A DNA stretch of 35,763 nucleotides, from assembly GCA_003484955.1 (NCBI GenBank), contig DMZH01000003.1:1-35763 (forward strand), in the 5' to 3' direction. This document shows, piece by piece, positions 10,515-20,540 of this stretch. The position numbers and the translations under genes are program-made. The notes beneath the pieces were generated by a model. The model saw nothing but the letters and a program-made list of their open reading frames with translations, made no database searches and was not told the origin of the DNA. Positions within the stretch are counted from its first letter, which is position 1, and each line of letters starts with the position of its first letter. This stretch comes from Candidatus Woesebacteria bacterium. GTDB lineage: Bacteria > Patescibacteriota > Microgenomatia > UBA8517.

Positions 10515-10631
10515 AAACATATTTTAACACGACACCTTTTTTTGTCAAGAAAAAAACGAAGCCGCCCATGCTTTTTTATGTTAATTCATCATTGACAGGG
10601 CCTAAGAAATTAAAGTATATTGCCCATTAGC

Positions 10632-11873
10632 ATGTCTGCTGAAACTGACAAATTTCAGTCCCGGTCTTCAGAATCCATATTCTTCAAAGTAGCAGACCTC
10701 GCAGCAACAGTTACCGAAAATATAGACAGGCATATTGATATTGAAAGAGGCAAATTCGAATACGTAAACCTTAGTAGGTTTACACATTTCAGGGAAACCG
10801 GTAAGGCCGAAGGAAATCTACTCAAAATTCAGCTTAATTTGCCCCATTTTGAAGAGTTCACGGGTGTTGCCAAACCCAAGATATTTGTCATTGGAACACC
10901 GGAGAATGAAGCAGTATCTTTAGGGAGACTGGCACTCGATGATAATGATGAACTGTCTTTTCAGCTCTCCAGATTCCACTACGGACACGCCGCCCTGGAG
11001 GATATGTCTATTGGTATGAATCAGGCCCTGTATGTGGGAGAGATTGGGGATTTGTTTACACTGAATAATCCCGAGAAAGATTCTTTCATTATTCACATCA
11101 CAAGGGAAGGCCCCATGATAAGGTTCGAGTCTTCCTTATACAATTTTTTAAGAAAAGATATTCCGTATACTTCCGCGCACAGTAAACACGTCAAGGTGGA
11201 AGACCCCGGCAATAAGTTCGGCAGGATTGCCGACGTTTGTGATATTAACTTTGAAGGATTAATTCCTTCTGAAGCAAGGCTCATCACAATTTGCGACAAT
11301 ACAGCCTCCGGAATGCAGCACGTTGCGGTACTGGACAAAACAATAGAATACATAGAGAAAAACAACGGGAAACACGACATCAAAACATTACTTATAATTT
11401 CTCCGCTTTTAACGGCATATGGGGCAACGACTATTTCCTACGCCGCCGCTTCTTACGGGATCAGGACTGTTTTTGCCTGCTCGGGGCACCTTTTGGGTTG
11501 TATCGGGCCGGAAAGATATTATTCGCCAATACTTAACAATGAAAACCTATCGGCCAGTCCACAGCTTTTAAATGTCAATAGTTTCATACACCACGGACAT
11601 ACCGAAGAGAGGTGTGCGAGAGGAAACTGGACATCCACATTTAGCGCAAAGGATTACGCTTTACTGACATCCGATGATGAACTCGGGAGGTTGGGTACTT
11701 CGAATGCCGAGCTTATAGCCCAAGGAAGCCGGATCGGTCCAAGCGCTTTAAAAGATATGAATATTAATCCTTTTGATTTGATTCCTTATTCAACCCTCGA
11801 TGAAGCGCGGGAGCGGGGTATCCTTAAATCTCTATCCCACAAAGTAGCCACAGACTTTTGGGCTATCCTGTAG
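10632..11873 (+). CDS. Type I phosphoribosyltransferase-fold protein (UPRTase-like, divergent)
   Basis: LITICDNTASG resembles the PRPP-binding loop; IIHITREG resembles the UPRTase ILRAG motif. TTGACA-18-TATATT (10592-10621) favours the ATG at 10632 over the TTG at 10620. Confidence 0.55.
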   Translation: MSAETDKFQSRSSESIFFKVADLAATVTENIDRHIDIERGKFEYVNLSRFTHFRETGKAEGNLLKIQLNLPHFEEFTGVAKPKIFVIGTPENEAVSLGRLALDDNDELSFQLSRFHYGHAALEDMSIGMNQALYVGEIGDLFTLNNPEKDSFIIHITREGPMIRFESSLYNFLRKDIPYTSAHSKHVKVEDPGNKFGRIADVCDINFEGLIPSEARLITICDNTASGMQHVAVLDKTIEYIEKNNGKHDIKTLLIISPLLTAYGATTISYAAASYGIRTVFACSGHLLGCIGPERYYSPILNNENLSASPQLLNVNSFIHHGHTEERCARGNWTSTFSAKDYALLTSDDELGRLGTSNAELIAQGSRIGPSALKDMNINPFDLIPYSTLDEARERGILKSLSHKVATDFWAIL

Positions 11874-11952
11874 TATTTGAATTTTCCTTGTTTTTTGGTA
11901 TAATAATGGCCTGAGAAGCTGGCTAGCTATTTAACAAACAAGGAGATAGGTC

Positions 11953-12447
11953 ATGAAAAAGGTTTTTGTTCTGATTCTGGTAATTGCTTTACTCGCCCCG
12001 GCAACAACTGCGTTCGCTGGTGGATTTGACGAGTACGGTTACAACGATGTCGCCAATATTTTCAATGGAACCGGTGCAAGTTGGAGTCTTGCAAAAGGTC
12101 TTCCTGCTGATTATTTGGGGATCTACTCCAATGACAAACTTGTCATGAAGTGGAATTCCGAATGGGTCAGGGGCAACACTGAAGGTTGGTCAAAACCACC
12201 TTACGCGGCCTGGGAAAACAATGAATGGAATGGCGCATTTCCCGGTGGATCGGGTGCGGTTTGGCACTACAAAATTGTCTGGGTAGGCAACTACGCAGCC
12301 GATTTAAGTTTGATTCCCGACGGGGCCTACGGTATTTGGGGACAATTTGCGGTGATCATGGATCAAGGCATTGATCCCAGTTTCGGACCAGGACATTTAT
12401 GGTTCGCTCACGCCAACCCCGCAGGTTACGGCAGTTACGGCAACTGA
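11953..12447 (+). CDS. Small secreted Trp/Gly/Tyr-rich protein, unknown function
   Basis: SD AAGGAG; signal peptide MKKVFVLILVIALLAPATTAFA; TGGTATAAT promoter at 11896-11904. Confidence 0.8.
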   Translation: MKKVFVLILVIALLAPATTAFAGGFDEYGYNDVANIFNGTGASWSLAKGLPADYLGIYSNDKLVMKWNSEWVRGNTEGWSKPPYAAWENNEWNGAFPGGSGAVWHYKIVWVGNYAADLSLIPDGAYGIWGQFAVIMDQGIDPSFGPGHLWFAHANPAGYGSYGN

Positions 12448-12601
12448 TCAAGTTTTACAAAACAGAGATTTGAAGGCCTAAAAACCATCAAATTAAAGCC
12501 AGCCAGCTTCTCTGTTTTTCCTTCAAGTACTCCTTGTTATTTACCCCTGGTTGCACTAGAATGATTTGAGGCTGAATTAGCCTCGATTATTTTTTGCCAA
12601 A

Positions 12602-15600
12602 ATGAGCACAGAAATCGGTAAAGTACTGCCTACAGAGATTACTACAGAACTATCTTCTTCATATCTTGATTACGCAATGAGTGTTATAGTTGCCCGCGCC
12701 CTTCCGGACGTCAGAGACGGCATGAAGCCGGTCCACAGACGCATTCTCTATGCAATGCACTTGATGGGGCTTCACTATTCAACATCCAGTACAACCAAGT
12801 CTGCTAAAGTCGTCGGAGAAGTTCTTGGAAAGTATCATCCGCATGGAGACATGGCGGTTTATGATGCCATGGTCAGGTTGGCACAAACTTTTTCAATGCG
12901 CTACCCATTGGTTCACGGACAGGGAAACTTCGGAAGTGTTGACGGAGACCCACCTGCAGCCATGCGGTATTGCGTTACCGGCAGTTCGCTAATTGTTACC
13001 GATGGCGGACTTGAAAGGATCAGAGATATAGGCAGAAGAAAAAATGTAAGAATTCTCTCCTTTAATGACACGGAAAAAGATGCTCCAAAATGGTTTGATT
13101 CGGGAGTCCATCCCACAATAAAAATTGAGACTTTTAGAGGCTTTACTCTTCAGGGTTCGGTTAATCACCCTGTATTGACTTGGGGTGTTGATGAAAAAGG
13201 GAAACCATCTCTTGCATGGAAGATGTTGGGTGGAATTAAAAATGGGGAATATGCAGTAATAAACAGATCGGACAAACTATTCCCAAGTGATCCCTCTCTT
13301 ACCAATTTTTACCCCAAGCTAAAAGATAAAAGAACAGATGAACACAATCTTCCCGAAAAGATGACTCCCAATTTGGCATTTATTTTAGGGTCGTTGGTTG
13401 CCGAGGGCAATGTCTCAAGCAAACAGATAGGCTTCTCAAACAACAACAGTGAATATCTCAATGCTTTTAAAACGGCTTTTACTAAGGTTTTTCCTGATTG
13501 CAGGTTGCATGAGTATAAAAGATTGCCGGTCGGTTTTACTAAAAAGTCCTATACATCTCTTGAAATACATTCGCTTCAGATTATTAAATTTTTAGAAAAT
13601 ATCGGACTGGTTAAGGCGAGGGCTGGCGGTAAAACAGTTCCAAAAATAATGTTTTTGTCATCCAGAGAGAGCCTGTCCGCTTTCCTGAAAGGGTACGCCG
13701 AAGGCGACGGAAGTGTTTATTTATCGGGGGCACCGGAAGTTTGTTTTATCTCCAAGAGTAAAGAACTACTGTCGGAGTTGCAACTTATTTTACTCAGGTT
13801 TGGGATTGAATCTTCAAACAGATATCAGCCGTCAAAAGATATTCATAAATTATTATTCGGAGGCAGGAATAATTTGGATTTGTTTAAAGAAAAAATCGGG
13901 TTTGTTTCCGAAAGAAAAAATAAAAAATTAGAGAAGGTTTCAAAAATGAATTCTGATGATTGGGTGATGAGCAAAACCGATTTTATTCCTTTTATCTCCG
14001 ATTACATTAGGGGCTCCGCCGACTATACGAAAAACATTGGCTGGCTTAAAAAGCATAATTTTGACAGATATCCAAAACTTAAAAAATTGTGGCCCGAACT
14101 AAAAAAGATTTTAAGTAAAAGGGATGGGTCTGTCTTTGAGGAAATAATCAAAAACGGATTTCTGTTTGACAAAATAGTAAAAGTCGAAAATTCAACTAAG
14201 GAGAGAGTTTATTCGATCGGTGTTAATAGCCCTGACCATTCGTTTATTTCGAATGGCTTTATCAGTCACAACACGGAGGTTAAACTAGCTAAGGCTGCCG
14301 ATTCAGTACTGACCGATATTGAGAAAGAAACGGTCGACTTTATAGATACTTTTGACGCCACCCTCAAAGAACCGGTTTATTTGCCGGCGCTTCTTCCCAA
14401 TTTACTTTTAATGGGGTCTGAGGGAATTGCCGTCGGAATGGCCACTAAAATTCCACCTCATAATTTAAACGAGGTGGTTGATGCGGTCATCGCAACTATA
14501 AAAGCGGGGCGCGTTATTAAAATTCAGACCGAAGAGGAGAAAGAAGCAAAAACACATGAGGATCATACCGATTTTATTATCAAAAAAATTAATCTTGTTG
14601 CCTCGGGAGAGGAGAAAGCTCTAACACAGGAAGAGGTCAACCCCAGCCAAATCGGCTTTGAAAGCGACACGACGATTGATGAGCTTATTAAATATATTCC
14701 GGGCCCGGATTTTCCCACAGGGGGCGCAATTTATGACGCGGCGTCCCTTTCCGAAGTCTACTCGACAGGGCGGGGGAGAATAGTTGTCAGAGGGATTGCC
14801 GAGATTACGGAAGGTGCTAAGGGAAGACCGCAAATTGTCATAACAGAGCTTCCTTATCAGGTCAATAAGGCCGAACTTGTAGCCAAAATAGCAGAACTTG
14901 TCAGAGATAAAAAACTGGTCGGCATCGCTGACCTTCGGGATGAATCCGATAAAGACGGAATGCGCGTGGTGGTCGACCTGAAGCGTGACTCCAAACCCAA
15001 AGCTGTCCTTAACAATCTTTTCAAACATACAAGACTCCAGAGCAGCTTCCCCGCAAATTTTGTTGCTTTGGTTGACGGAACTCCGCACACTCTTAACCTC
15101 AAGCAAATTCTGGTTGAGTATGTAAAACACAGACAAAAAGTTGTCACAAGACGTACTATTTTTGACCTTACAGAGGCCAAAAAACGCGCTCATATTTTGG
15201 AGGGTCTAAAGATTGCTCTTGATAATCTTGATGCCGTCATTAAAACAATCAGGGAAAGCAAAACCCAGGAAGATGCCAAGGTAAATCTTATCAGTAGGTT
15301 TAAACTAAGCGATATACAGGCAACTGCGATTTTAGATATGCAGCTCAGGCGCCTTGCCGCACTTGAGCGCGAAAAGATCGAAAAGGAATACGCGGAAATC
15401 AAAAAATTGATCGATGAACTTACCGCCATCTTGAAAGATCCTGGGAAAGTTCTGGAGATTATTACTAAAGAACTGGGAGAGCTTAGAGAAAAATACGGAG
15501 ACGCCAGACGTACCAAAATTTATAAACATGCAGTAGGGGAGTTTAGCGAAGAGGATTTAGTTGCCAAAGAAGAAACACTTATCACGGTTACCAAGACCGG

Positions 15601-16558
15601 ATACGTTAAAAGGCTTTCGGCAGGGGCTTACAGGGCCCAGCGGCGCGGTGGAAAAGGAGTAATCGGAATGACAACCAAAGAGGAGGACGAAATTGAGCAT
15701 TTGGTAGATGCTACAACCCATGACACAATATTGTTTTTCACCAATAAAGGCCGTGTTTTCGGTATAAAAGCCTGGGAAATTCCGGAAAGCTCCCGTCAGG
15801 CAAAAGGACAAGCACTGGTAAACCTTTTGAATCTTGAGCAGGGGGAGGAAATAAGATCCATTCTTCCGATGGCTAAAGATTCAGAAATAAAGAATTTGAT
15901 AATGGCTACAAAAACGGGGCTTATTAAAAAGACTAAAATATCCGAGTTTGAAAACTTAAGAGCTTCGGGGCTCATTGCCATAAAACTCAGGAACGAAGAC
16001 CAATTGGTTTCCGTTCACCCAACAACGGGGGAGGATCATATTATTCTTTTGACAAAAGGCGCAAAGTCGATTAAATTCCCGGAGGCAAATGTCAGACCGA
16101 TGGGTAGGGCAACTACGGGAGTTACGGGCATCAGACTCGATAAGGAGGATGAACTCATTGGTATGGAAGTTTTCCCTGCTAAAGAAACTATTCCTGCAGA
16201 CAAAAGAAAGAAATTTTTCAGGGACATTTTGACAATTGCCGAAAAAGGTCTTGGTAAACGCACTCCGGTTCATCTTTTCCCCGTACAAAAAAGGGCAGGT
16301 AAAGGAGTTAAAGCAGCCGTAGTTACGGATAAAACAGGATCTCTTAAAACCGCAATTATGGTTACGCAAAACATTGACCAGGTTGTTATAACGAGCAGAA
16401 TGGGGCAGGTAATCAAGCTTCCTCTTAAGAATATTCCGCAACTCGGTCGCGCTACACAGGGCGTTATCTTAATGCGCTTTGCAGACAAGGCAGACTCAGT
16501 TGCCGCCGCAGCGGTTTTGGAAAAAGGTGGCGTAGATGAAGAAGAAAGTATAGAATAA
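12602..16558 (+). CDS. gyrA: DNA gyrase subunit A (intein-containing precursor)
   Basis: [50 protein letters not shown]; GyrA-box QRRGGKG; C-terminal pinwheel repeats. Confidence 0.98.
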   Translation: MSTEIGKVLPTEITTELSSSYLDYAMSVIVARALPDVRDGMKPVHRRILYAMHLMGLHYSTSSTTKSAKVVGEVLGKYHPHGDMAVYDAMVRLAQTFSMRYPLVHGQGNFGSVDGDPPAAMRYCVTGSSLIVTDGGLERIRDIGRRKNVRILSFNDTEKDAPKWFDSGVHPTIKIETFRGFTLQGSVNHPVLTWGVDEKGKPSLAWKMLGGIKNGEYAVINRSDKLFPSDPSLTNFYPKLKDKRTDEHNLPEKMTPNLAFILGSLVAEGNVSSKQIGFSNNNSEYLNAFKTAFTKVFPDCRLHEYKRLPVGFTKKSYTSLEIHSLQIIKFLENIGLVKARAGGKTVPKIMFLSSRESLSAFLKGYAEGDGSVYLSGAPEVCFISKSKELLSELQLILLRFGIESSNRYQPSKDIHKLLFGGRNNLDLFKEKIGFVSERKNKKLEKVSKMNSDDWVMSKTDFIPFISDYIRGSADYTKNIGWLKKHNFDRYPKLKKLWPELKKILSKRDGSVFEEIIKNGFLFDKIVKVENSTKERVYSIGVNSPDHSFISNGFISHNTEVKLAKAADSVLTDIEKETVDFIDTFDATLKEPVYLPALLPNLLLMGSEGIAVGMATKIPPHNLNEVVDAVIATIKAGRVIKIQTEEEKEAKTHEDHTDFIIKKINLVASGEEKALTQEEVNPSQIGFESDTTIDELIKYIPGPDFPTGGAIYDAASLSEVYSTGRGRIVVRGIAEITEGAKGRPQIVITELPYQVNKAELVAKIAELVRDKKLVGIADLRDESDKDGMRVVVDLKRDSKPKAVLNNLFKHTRLQSSFPANFVALVDGTPHTLNLKQILVEYVKHRQKVVTRRTIFDLTEAKKRAHILEGLKIALDNLDAVIKTIRESKTQEDAKVNLISRFKLSDIQATAILDMQLRRLAALEREKIEKEYAEIKKLIDELTAILKDPGKVLEIITKELGELREKYGDARRTKIYKHAVGEFSEEDLVAKEETLITVTKTGYVKRLSAGAYRAQRRGGKGVIGMTTKEEDEIEHLVDATTHDTILFFTNKGRVFGIKAWEIPESSRQAKGQALVNLLNLEQGEEIRSILPMAKDSEIKNLIMATKTGLIKKTKISEFENLRASGLIAIKLRNEDQLVSVHPTTGEDHIILLTKGAKSIKFPEANVRPMGRATTGVTGIRLDKEDELIGMEVFPAKETIPADKRKKFFRDILTIAEKGLGKRTPVHLFPVQKRAGKGVKAAVVTDKTGSLKTAIMVTQNIDQVVITSRMGQVIKLPLKNIPQLGRATQGVILMRFADKADSVAAAAVLEKGGVDEEESIE
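12971..14272 (+). mobile_element. 434-aa intein with LAGLIDADG homing endonuclease, inserted right after the catalytic Tyr of GyrA
   Basis: AAMRY|CVTG...NGFISHN|TE junctions; block [21 protein letters not shown] and [11 protein letters not shown] motifs. Confidence 0.95.
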
Positions 16559-16565
16559 ATTTATT

Positions 16566-17309
16566 ATGCCGAAAGTCGGAGGAAAAGTTACCGCAGTAGT
16601 TGCCTTCTTTATTCTTCTTTTTGTCTTTGCCAAATGGGGACCTGCAATAAACTTTAATACAACTTCTCAAACCAAGGGTGAGCCGTTTGTGGTTTCCGGA
16701 GAGGGTAAGGTATATGTTACCCCCGATATCGCCAAAATTACCGTGGGTATTCAGGAATCAGGGGCTTCCCTCAAGATAGTACAGGATTCTGTAAACAAAA
16801 AATCAAAAGCGCTAACCGATGCCATACAAAACATGGGGGTTGCCAAGGAAGACATTAAAACAACTTCCTACAATCTTTATCCCCAGTATGATTACCAAAG
16901 CTCAGTAGGGAGAATTACCGGCTACCAAGTTTCAACAAGCTACGAAATCACCATCCGGGATTTTGACAAAGTTAACGATATAATCGTTAGTGCAACTACG
17001 GTTGGAGTTAATATGGAAGGTGGAATCAGTTTTGAATTGAATGATGCGACCAAAAAAGAGAAACTTCAGGAAGCCAGGGTGATGGCGGTTGCCGAAGCTA
17101 AAAGCAAAGCTCAGGGCCTGGCTTCTGCCGCCGGAATAACTCTTGGAAAAGTAATTAACATTTCTGAAAGCCAGGGTTCAAATGAAATAAGACCGCTCCC
17201 GGCCATGGGTGGAGGGGTTACCCTCGATAAAGTAATGATTGAGCCAAGTATTCAGGCAGGACAAACCGAAATTAATGTTACGGTAAGCCTTTCATACGAA
17301 GTGCGATAG
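16566..17309 (+). CDS. SIMPL (DUF541) domain protein
   Basis: VSGEGKVYVTPDIA, DIKTTSYNLYPQYDY, AVAEAKSKA..LA.AAG..LG.V..ISE. Confidence 0.92.
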   Translation: MPKVGGKVTAVVAFFILLFVFAKWGPAINFNTTSQTKGEPFVVSGEGKVYVTPDIAKITVGIQESGASLKIVQDSVNKKSKALTDAIQNMGVAKEDIKTTSYNLYPQYDYQSSVGRITGYQVSTSYEITIRDFDKVNDIIVSATTVGVNMEGGISFELNDATKKEKLQEARVMAVAEAKSKAQGLASAAGITLGKVINISESQGSNEIRPLPAMGGGVTLDKVMIEPSIQAGQTEINVTVSLSYEVR

Positions 17310-17325
17310 CAATTCGCACCAACAA

Positions 17326-17838
17326 CTACCCCAGAAGAAACTTGTTAAATTCACTTTGATAAAAATATTCGTGATCGGCACGCGGTTTTGAAACAATATT
17401 AGTGTCTGTCCCAACTCCCGAAAGAAAACCTTTCAGCGTGTCAAAGCCCCCATGCGGATCCTCGTCGTTTTGGAAACAAATTAAATTTTCAGGTTGGATA
17501 TTCTTAATAGCTGCCTTGATAGTTTCCTTGCTACTTTCCATCAGATCATTAAGGGGGATTCCGCAAAGAATAACTTTTCTGATTTTTTCCGGACTTCTTT
17601 GTATCAAATGACAGGCAACCAATGTGCCTATCGACTTGGCAACAATATTGACAACTCTTTTTCCGGATATTCCATCAAGAAGTTTTGCTTTCTCAAGAGG
17701 ATCAAACTTAACACCGGGATCACTCCAATGTCCCCAATAAATCGGCCTAATCTCGCCCTCTGTTTTTATGTTTCCCGTTGTTTCTTCCAGCCATTCTTTA
17801 TTGTGAGCCGAATATCCCGGAATAACTATAGTGACCAT
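17326..17838 (-). CDS. Small alpha/beta hydrolase-fold protein
   Basis: IVIPG, nucleophile elbow VAKSIG, QNDED, DHEY. Extended -10 TGATATAAT lies 6 nt upstream. Confidence 0.75.
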   Translation of the reverse strand: MVTIVIPGYSAHNKEWLEETTGNIKTEGEIRPIYWGHWSDPGVKFDPLEKAKLLDGISGKRVVNIVAKSIGTLVACHLIQRSPEKIRKVILCGIPLNDLMESSKETIKAAIKNIQPENLICFQNDEDPHGGFDTLKGFLSGVGTDTNIVSKPRADHEYFYQSEFNKFLLG

Positions 17839-17906
17839 AAATCCATTATATCAAAATATACTCGATGAAACTTTTTAAGAGGGCTGATAATTAATTTTTC
17901 GGATAC

Positions 17907-18134
17907 TTACTTCCTAAGCACTTTCCGTAAAAGGATTTCGGAAGATGCTTGCAACTTAACCGATTTGGCTTTGTCGGGACACCCACTAGACCTATACCTG
18001 GCAATATCCAGAATAAGGGATCCATCATCAAGTCTCCCGGGATCACAATAATATTCACCCTCTGCATAAATTCTGGCAGGACATGTAAAGCAAGCTGGGG
18101 GAAAAGAATGATCATGGTAACCTAACCGCTCCAC
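17907..18134 (-). CDS. Hypothetical small Cys-containing protein
   Basis: GTG start overlaps the recombinase stop codon; CxxC plus two further Cys. A competing frame (17891-18115) exists. Confidence 0.35.
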   Translation of the reverse strand: MERLGYHDHSFPPACFTCPARIYAEGEYYCDPGRLDDGSLILDIARYRSSGCPDKAKSVKLQASSEILLRKVLRK

Positions 18135-19057
18135 TAATCCTTTCCTCCCTTTCCATGGAAAGTTTCGTTTATATTTCTAGGTTGTTTATTTGTTACATGG
18201 GTATAGATTTGTGTTGTAGAAATATTCTTGTGTCCCAGCATTTTCTGGACACTTCTGGTGTCCGCCCCAGCCATAAGAAGATCTACGGCAAACGAAGAGC
18301 GAAGTGTTTTTGGTGTTACCTCAGATTTAATCGCGGCTTTCTTCTTATACTTCAAAATGGCTCTTTGTATAGACCTAACGGTGAGCCTCGTATTACCGTT
18401 AGTACTACCTTTATGATGAATAAACAACGGTTTTCCGCCATCTTTTCTTGATTTTAAATAGTTTTCTATCCACCCTAAAGCTCTAAGAGACAAAAAAATG
18501 AATCTTTGTTTTTTACCAGTACTCACAATAATAATTTCTTTCTTTATAAAGTCTATATTATCTCTGTCCAGGTTTGCCAATTCTGAAACCCTAAGTCCGG
18601 TGGAGTAAAGAAGTTCCATTATGGCTTTATCCCTTTTTCCCTGAACGGTTTTCAAATCCGGCGCATTCATGAGTTTTTCAACATCCTCACCGGAAAGAAA
18701 ATCCATTTTTGAGCTTGCCGTCTTTGGTACCAACACTTCCTCTGCATTCAAAGTCTTTACGCCTTTTCTTCTTTCCCATTTCAAAAAACTTCGAAGTGCA
18801 ATCAAATGGAATCCCAGGGTTTTTGTTGAAAGACCCATCTTTGCAAGGTCCTTTTTGTAATCCTCAATAACAGATGCTGATATATCCGAAATTTTCGGTT
18901 TTTGAACTTTTTTGGAAATAAAACCTAAAATTCTTTTTAAATAAAGGGTGTAATTGCGGACAGTGAGAGGGGAGAAGTGGCCTTCAAATTCCAAAAAATC
19001 GAGATACCGATCAATACTTTCAGATAATACCGACTGAATTTGAGCAGCTTCAGCCAT
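18134..19057 (-). CDS. XerC/XerD-family tyrosine recombinase with degenerate catalytic motifs
   Basis: SAM-like N-domain, RDKAIMELLYSTGLRVSEL, LGH, TTQIY. However, GKG appears as STG and HTLRH as KTLRS. Confidence 0.9.
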   Translation of the reverse strand: MAEAAQIQSVLSESIDRYLDFLEFEGHFSPLTVRNYTLYLKRILGFISKKVQKPKISDISASVIEDYKKDLAKMGLSTKTLGFHLIALRSFLKWERRKGVKTLNAEEVLVPKTASSKMDFLSGEDVEKLMNAPDLKTVQGKRDKAIMELLYSTGLRVSELANLDRDNIDFIKKEIIIVSTGKKQRFIFLSLRALGWIENYLKSRKDGGKPLFIHHKGSTNGNTRLTVRSIQRAILKYKKKAAIKSEVTPKTLRSSFAVDLLMAGADTRSVQKMLGHKNISTTQIYTHVTNKQPRNINETFHGKGGKD

Positions 19058-19063
19058 ACATTA

Positions 19064-19092
19064 AATGTATACTTTAGTTGGCATTGTGTCAA
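19064..19092 (-). promoter_or_regulatory. Leaderless promoter of the degenerate recombinase
   Basis: Minus-strand TTGACA (19092-19087), 17 bp, TACATT (19069-19064), 6 nt, ATG. Overlapped by the palindrome ATACAT-TAA-ATGTAT. Confidence 0.6.
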
Positions 19093-19111
19093 GATTGTGC
19101 GACGGAGGATA

Positions 19112-19555
19112 TTATTTCCAATTTTTAAAAACAATTCCATTATTTGTCCCGTACGGCCAAAAATGAACCGTCATTGGATGGTCTTCCCGTAATATATATT
19201 TTAGAAGTAAAAGCATCTTTGTCGGACGAGTCGTTCCTATTTCAAATATTCCGATATCGTCTCCATAAACCAAAGCATCAGCAACTCCAACGGAAATATC
19301 AATCTCCCTATCAAAATCGAGTTTATTTAATTTTGCCCAATCTGACACTTTCTTAACCCCTTCGCTGTGAGACGCAAAATCTTCTCTTTGTTTTATTTCC
19401 AGCTCCAACAAGCCGTGCTGTATTAAATTAAGAATTTCTTTTGCACATAAAACTACATGAACCCTTTCAAGAGCCGGCCTTTCGGAGGTTACATAGGTAC
19501 CCCGGGCGCACGGAAAAACCACACTATTTAGAACAAAGGCTAAATCATATTTCAT
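19112..19555 (-). CDS. Hypothetical protein, possible PD-(D/E)XK nuclease-like fold
   Basis: Coupled by an ATGA overlap to the upstream recombinase; H....K..., E.DI, AD and FEIG pattern. Confidence 0.55.
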   Translation of the reverse strand: MKYDLAFVLNSVVFPCARGTYVTSERPALERVHVVLCAKEILNLIQHGLLELEIKQREDFASHSEGVKKVSDWAKLNKLDFDREIDISVGVADALVYGDDIGIFEIGTTRPTKMLLLLKYILREDHPMTVHFWPYGTNNGIVFKNWK

Positions 19556-20511
19556 TTTTTAAGAGGGTGAAACTTGTTGTGGGTTTCTTCGGCAAACTTA
19601 TCTGACGAATGAACATAGCGTGTTGTAGTATTAAGGGACTCGTGTCCCAAAAGCACCTGGATTGCAGCAGGGGAGGCTCCCTGTTCGGCTAAATAAGTGG
19701 CAAATCCATGTCTCAATGAATGAGCAGAAGTCGGAACATTTATCCTTAACTTTTCCCTATACTCTTTAATCTTGGCCTGCAAATAATTTGTGGAAATCCT
19801 TCTGTCCGATTTATTACTGTTTGAACCTCTATAAGGGATAAATAAAGCGGCTAAGTTGTCATTTCTTGTATTTAGATAAACTTCCAAAAAATGTATTGCA
19901 CGGGGCGTTAAATACACAAATCTTTCCTTTTTCCCTTTTCCCATTATGAAAATTTTTCCGCTGCCGTCTATGTCCCTTTTTTTAAGTTTACAAAGCTCAC
20001 TGATACGCATTCCTGTTGAAAATAGAACCTCAAGCATTACGCGGTTTCTTAACCCGATTTTAGGGTTTTTTTCTAAAGCCTCCGGCGCTTCAATAAGCCT
20101 AACTAAGTCGGAAAACTCGGCTACTTTTGCATGTTTTTTCTCAGTTTTTACCAATTTAACCGTTTCGGGAGCAACCGGAATTTTATAATCCACATCCACT
20201 AAATATTTGAGATATGACCTTAAGGTGGAAAGCATCCTATTCATGGAAAAGGAAGACAATTTGATACCGTCTTTTTCCTTTTTGGTTGAGGTTAATCTGT
20301 CCTTTGATGCTAAATACGCTTTATATTGATTAATAACCAGTTTTGTGACATCTTCAAAAAGAATGGGGGAGGGGCCAGCAAACTCTTCCAAAAAAAGCCG
20401 GAATGTCGACAAATCACGTTCATAATTATAAACAGTTTCCTCGGAATAATTTTGGGTTTTAATATAAAGTAAGAAGTCTTCAAAAAGAGGTAACTGAATT
20501 TGAGAAGTCAT
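19552..20511 (-). CDS. Xer-family tyrosine recombinase, catalytically intact
   Basis: STGMRISEL (R), MGKGKKER (K), HSLRH (HxxR), LGH and TTRY (Y). Confidence 0.93.
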   Translation of the reverse strand: MTSQIQLPLFEDFLLYIKTQNYSEETVYNYERDLSTFRLFLEEFAGPSPILFEDVTKLVINQYKAYLASKDRLTSTKKEKDGIKLSSFSMNRMLSTLRSYLKYLVDVDYKIPVAPETVKLVKTEKKHAKVAEFSDLVRLIEAPEALEKNPKIGLRNRVMLEVLFSTGMRISELCKLKKRDIDGSGKIFIMGKGKKERFVYLTPRAIHFLEVYLNTRNDNLAALFIPYRGSNSNKSDRRISTNYLQAKIKEYREKLRINVPTSAHSLRHGFATYLAEQGASPAAIQVLLGHESLNTTTRYVHSSDKFAEETHNKFHPLKK

Positions 20512-20540
20512 ATTATACTCAGTTTACTGGAGCCTTGTTC

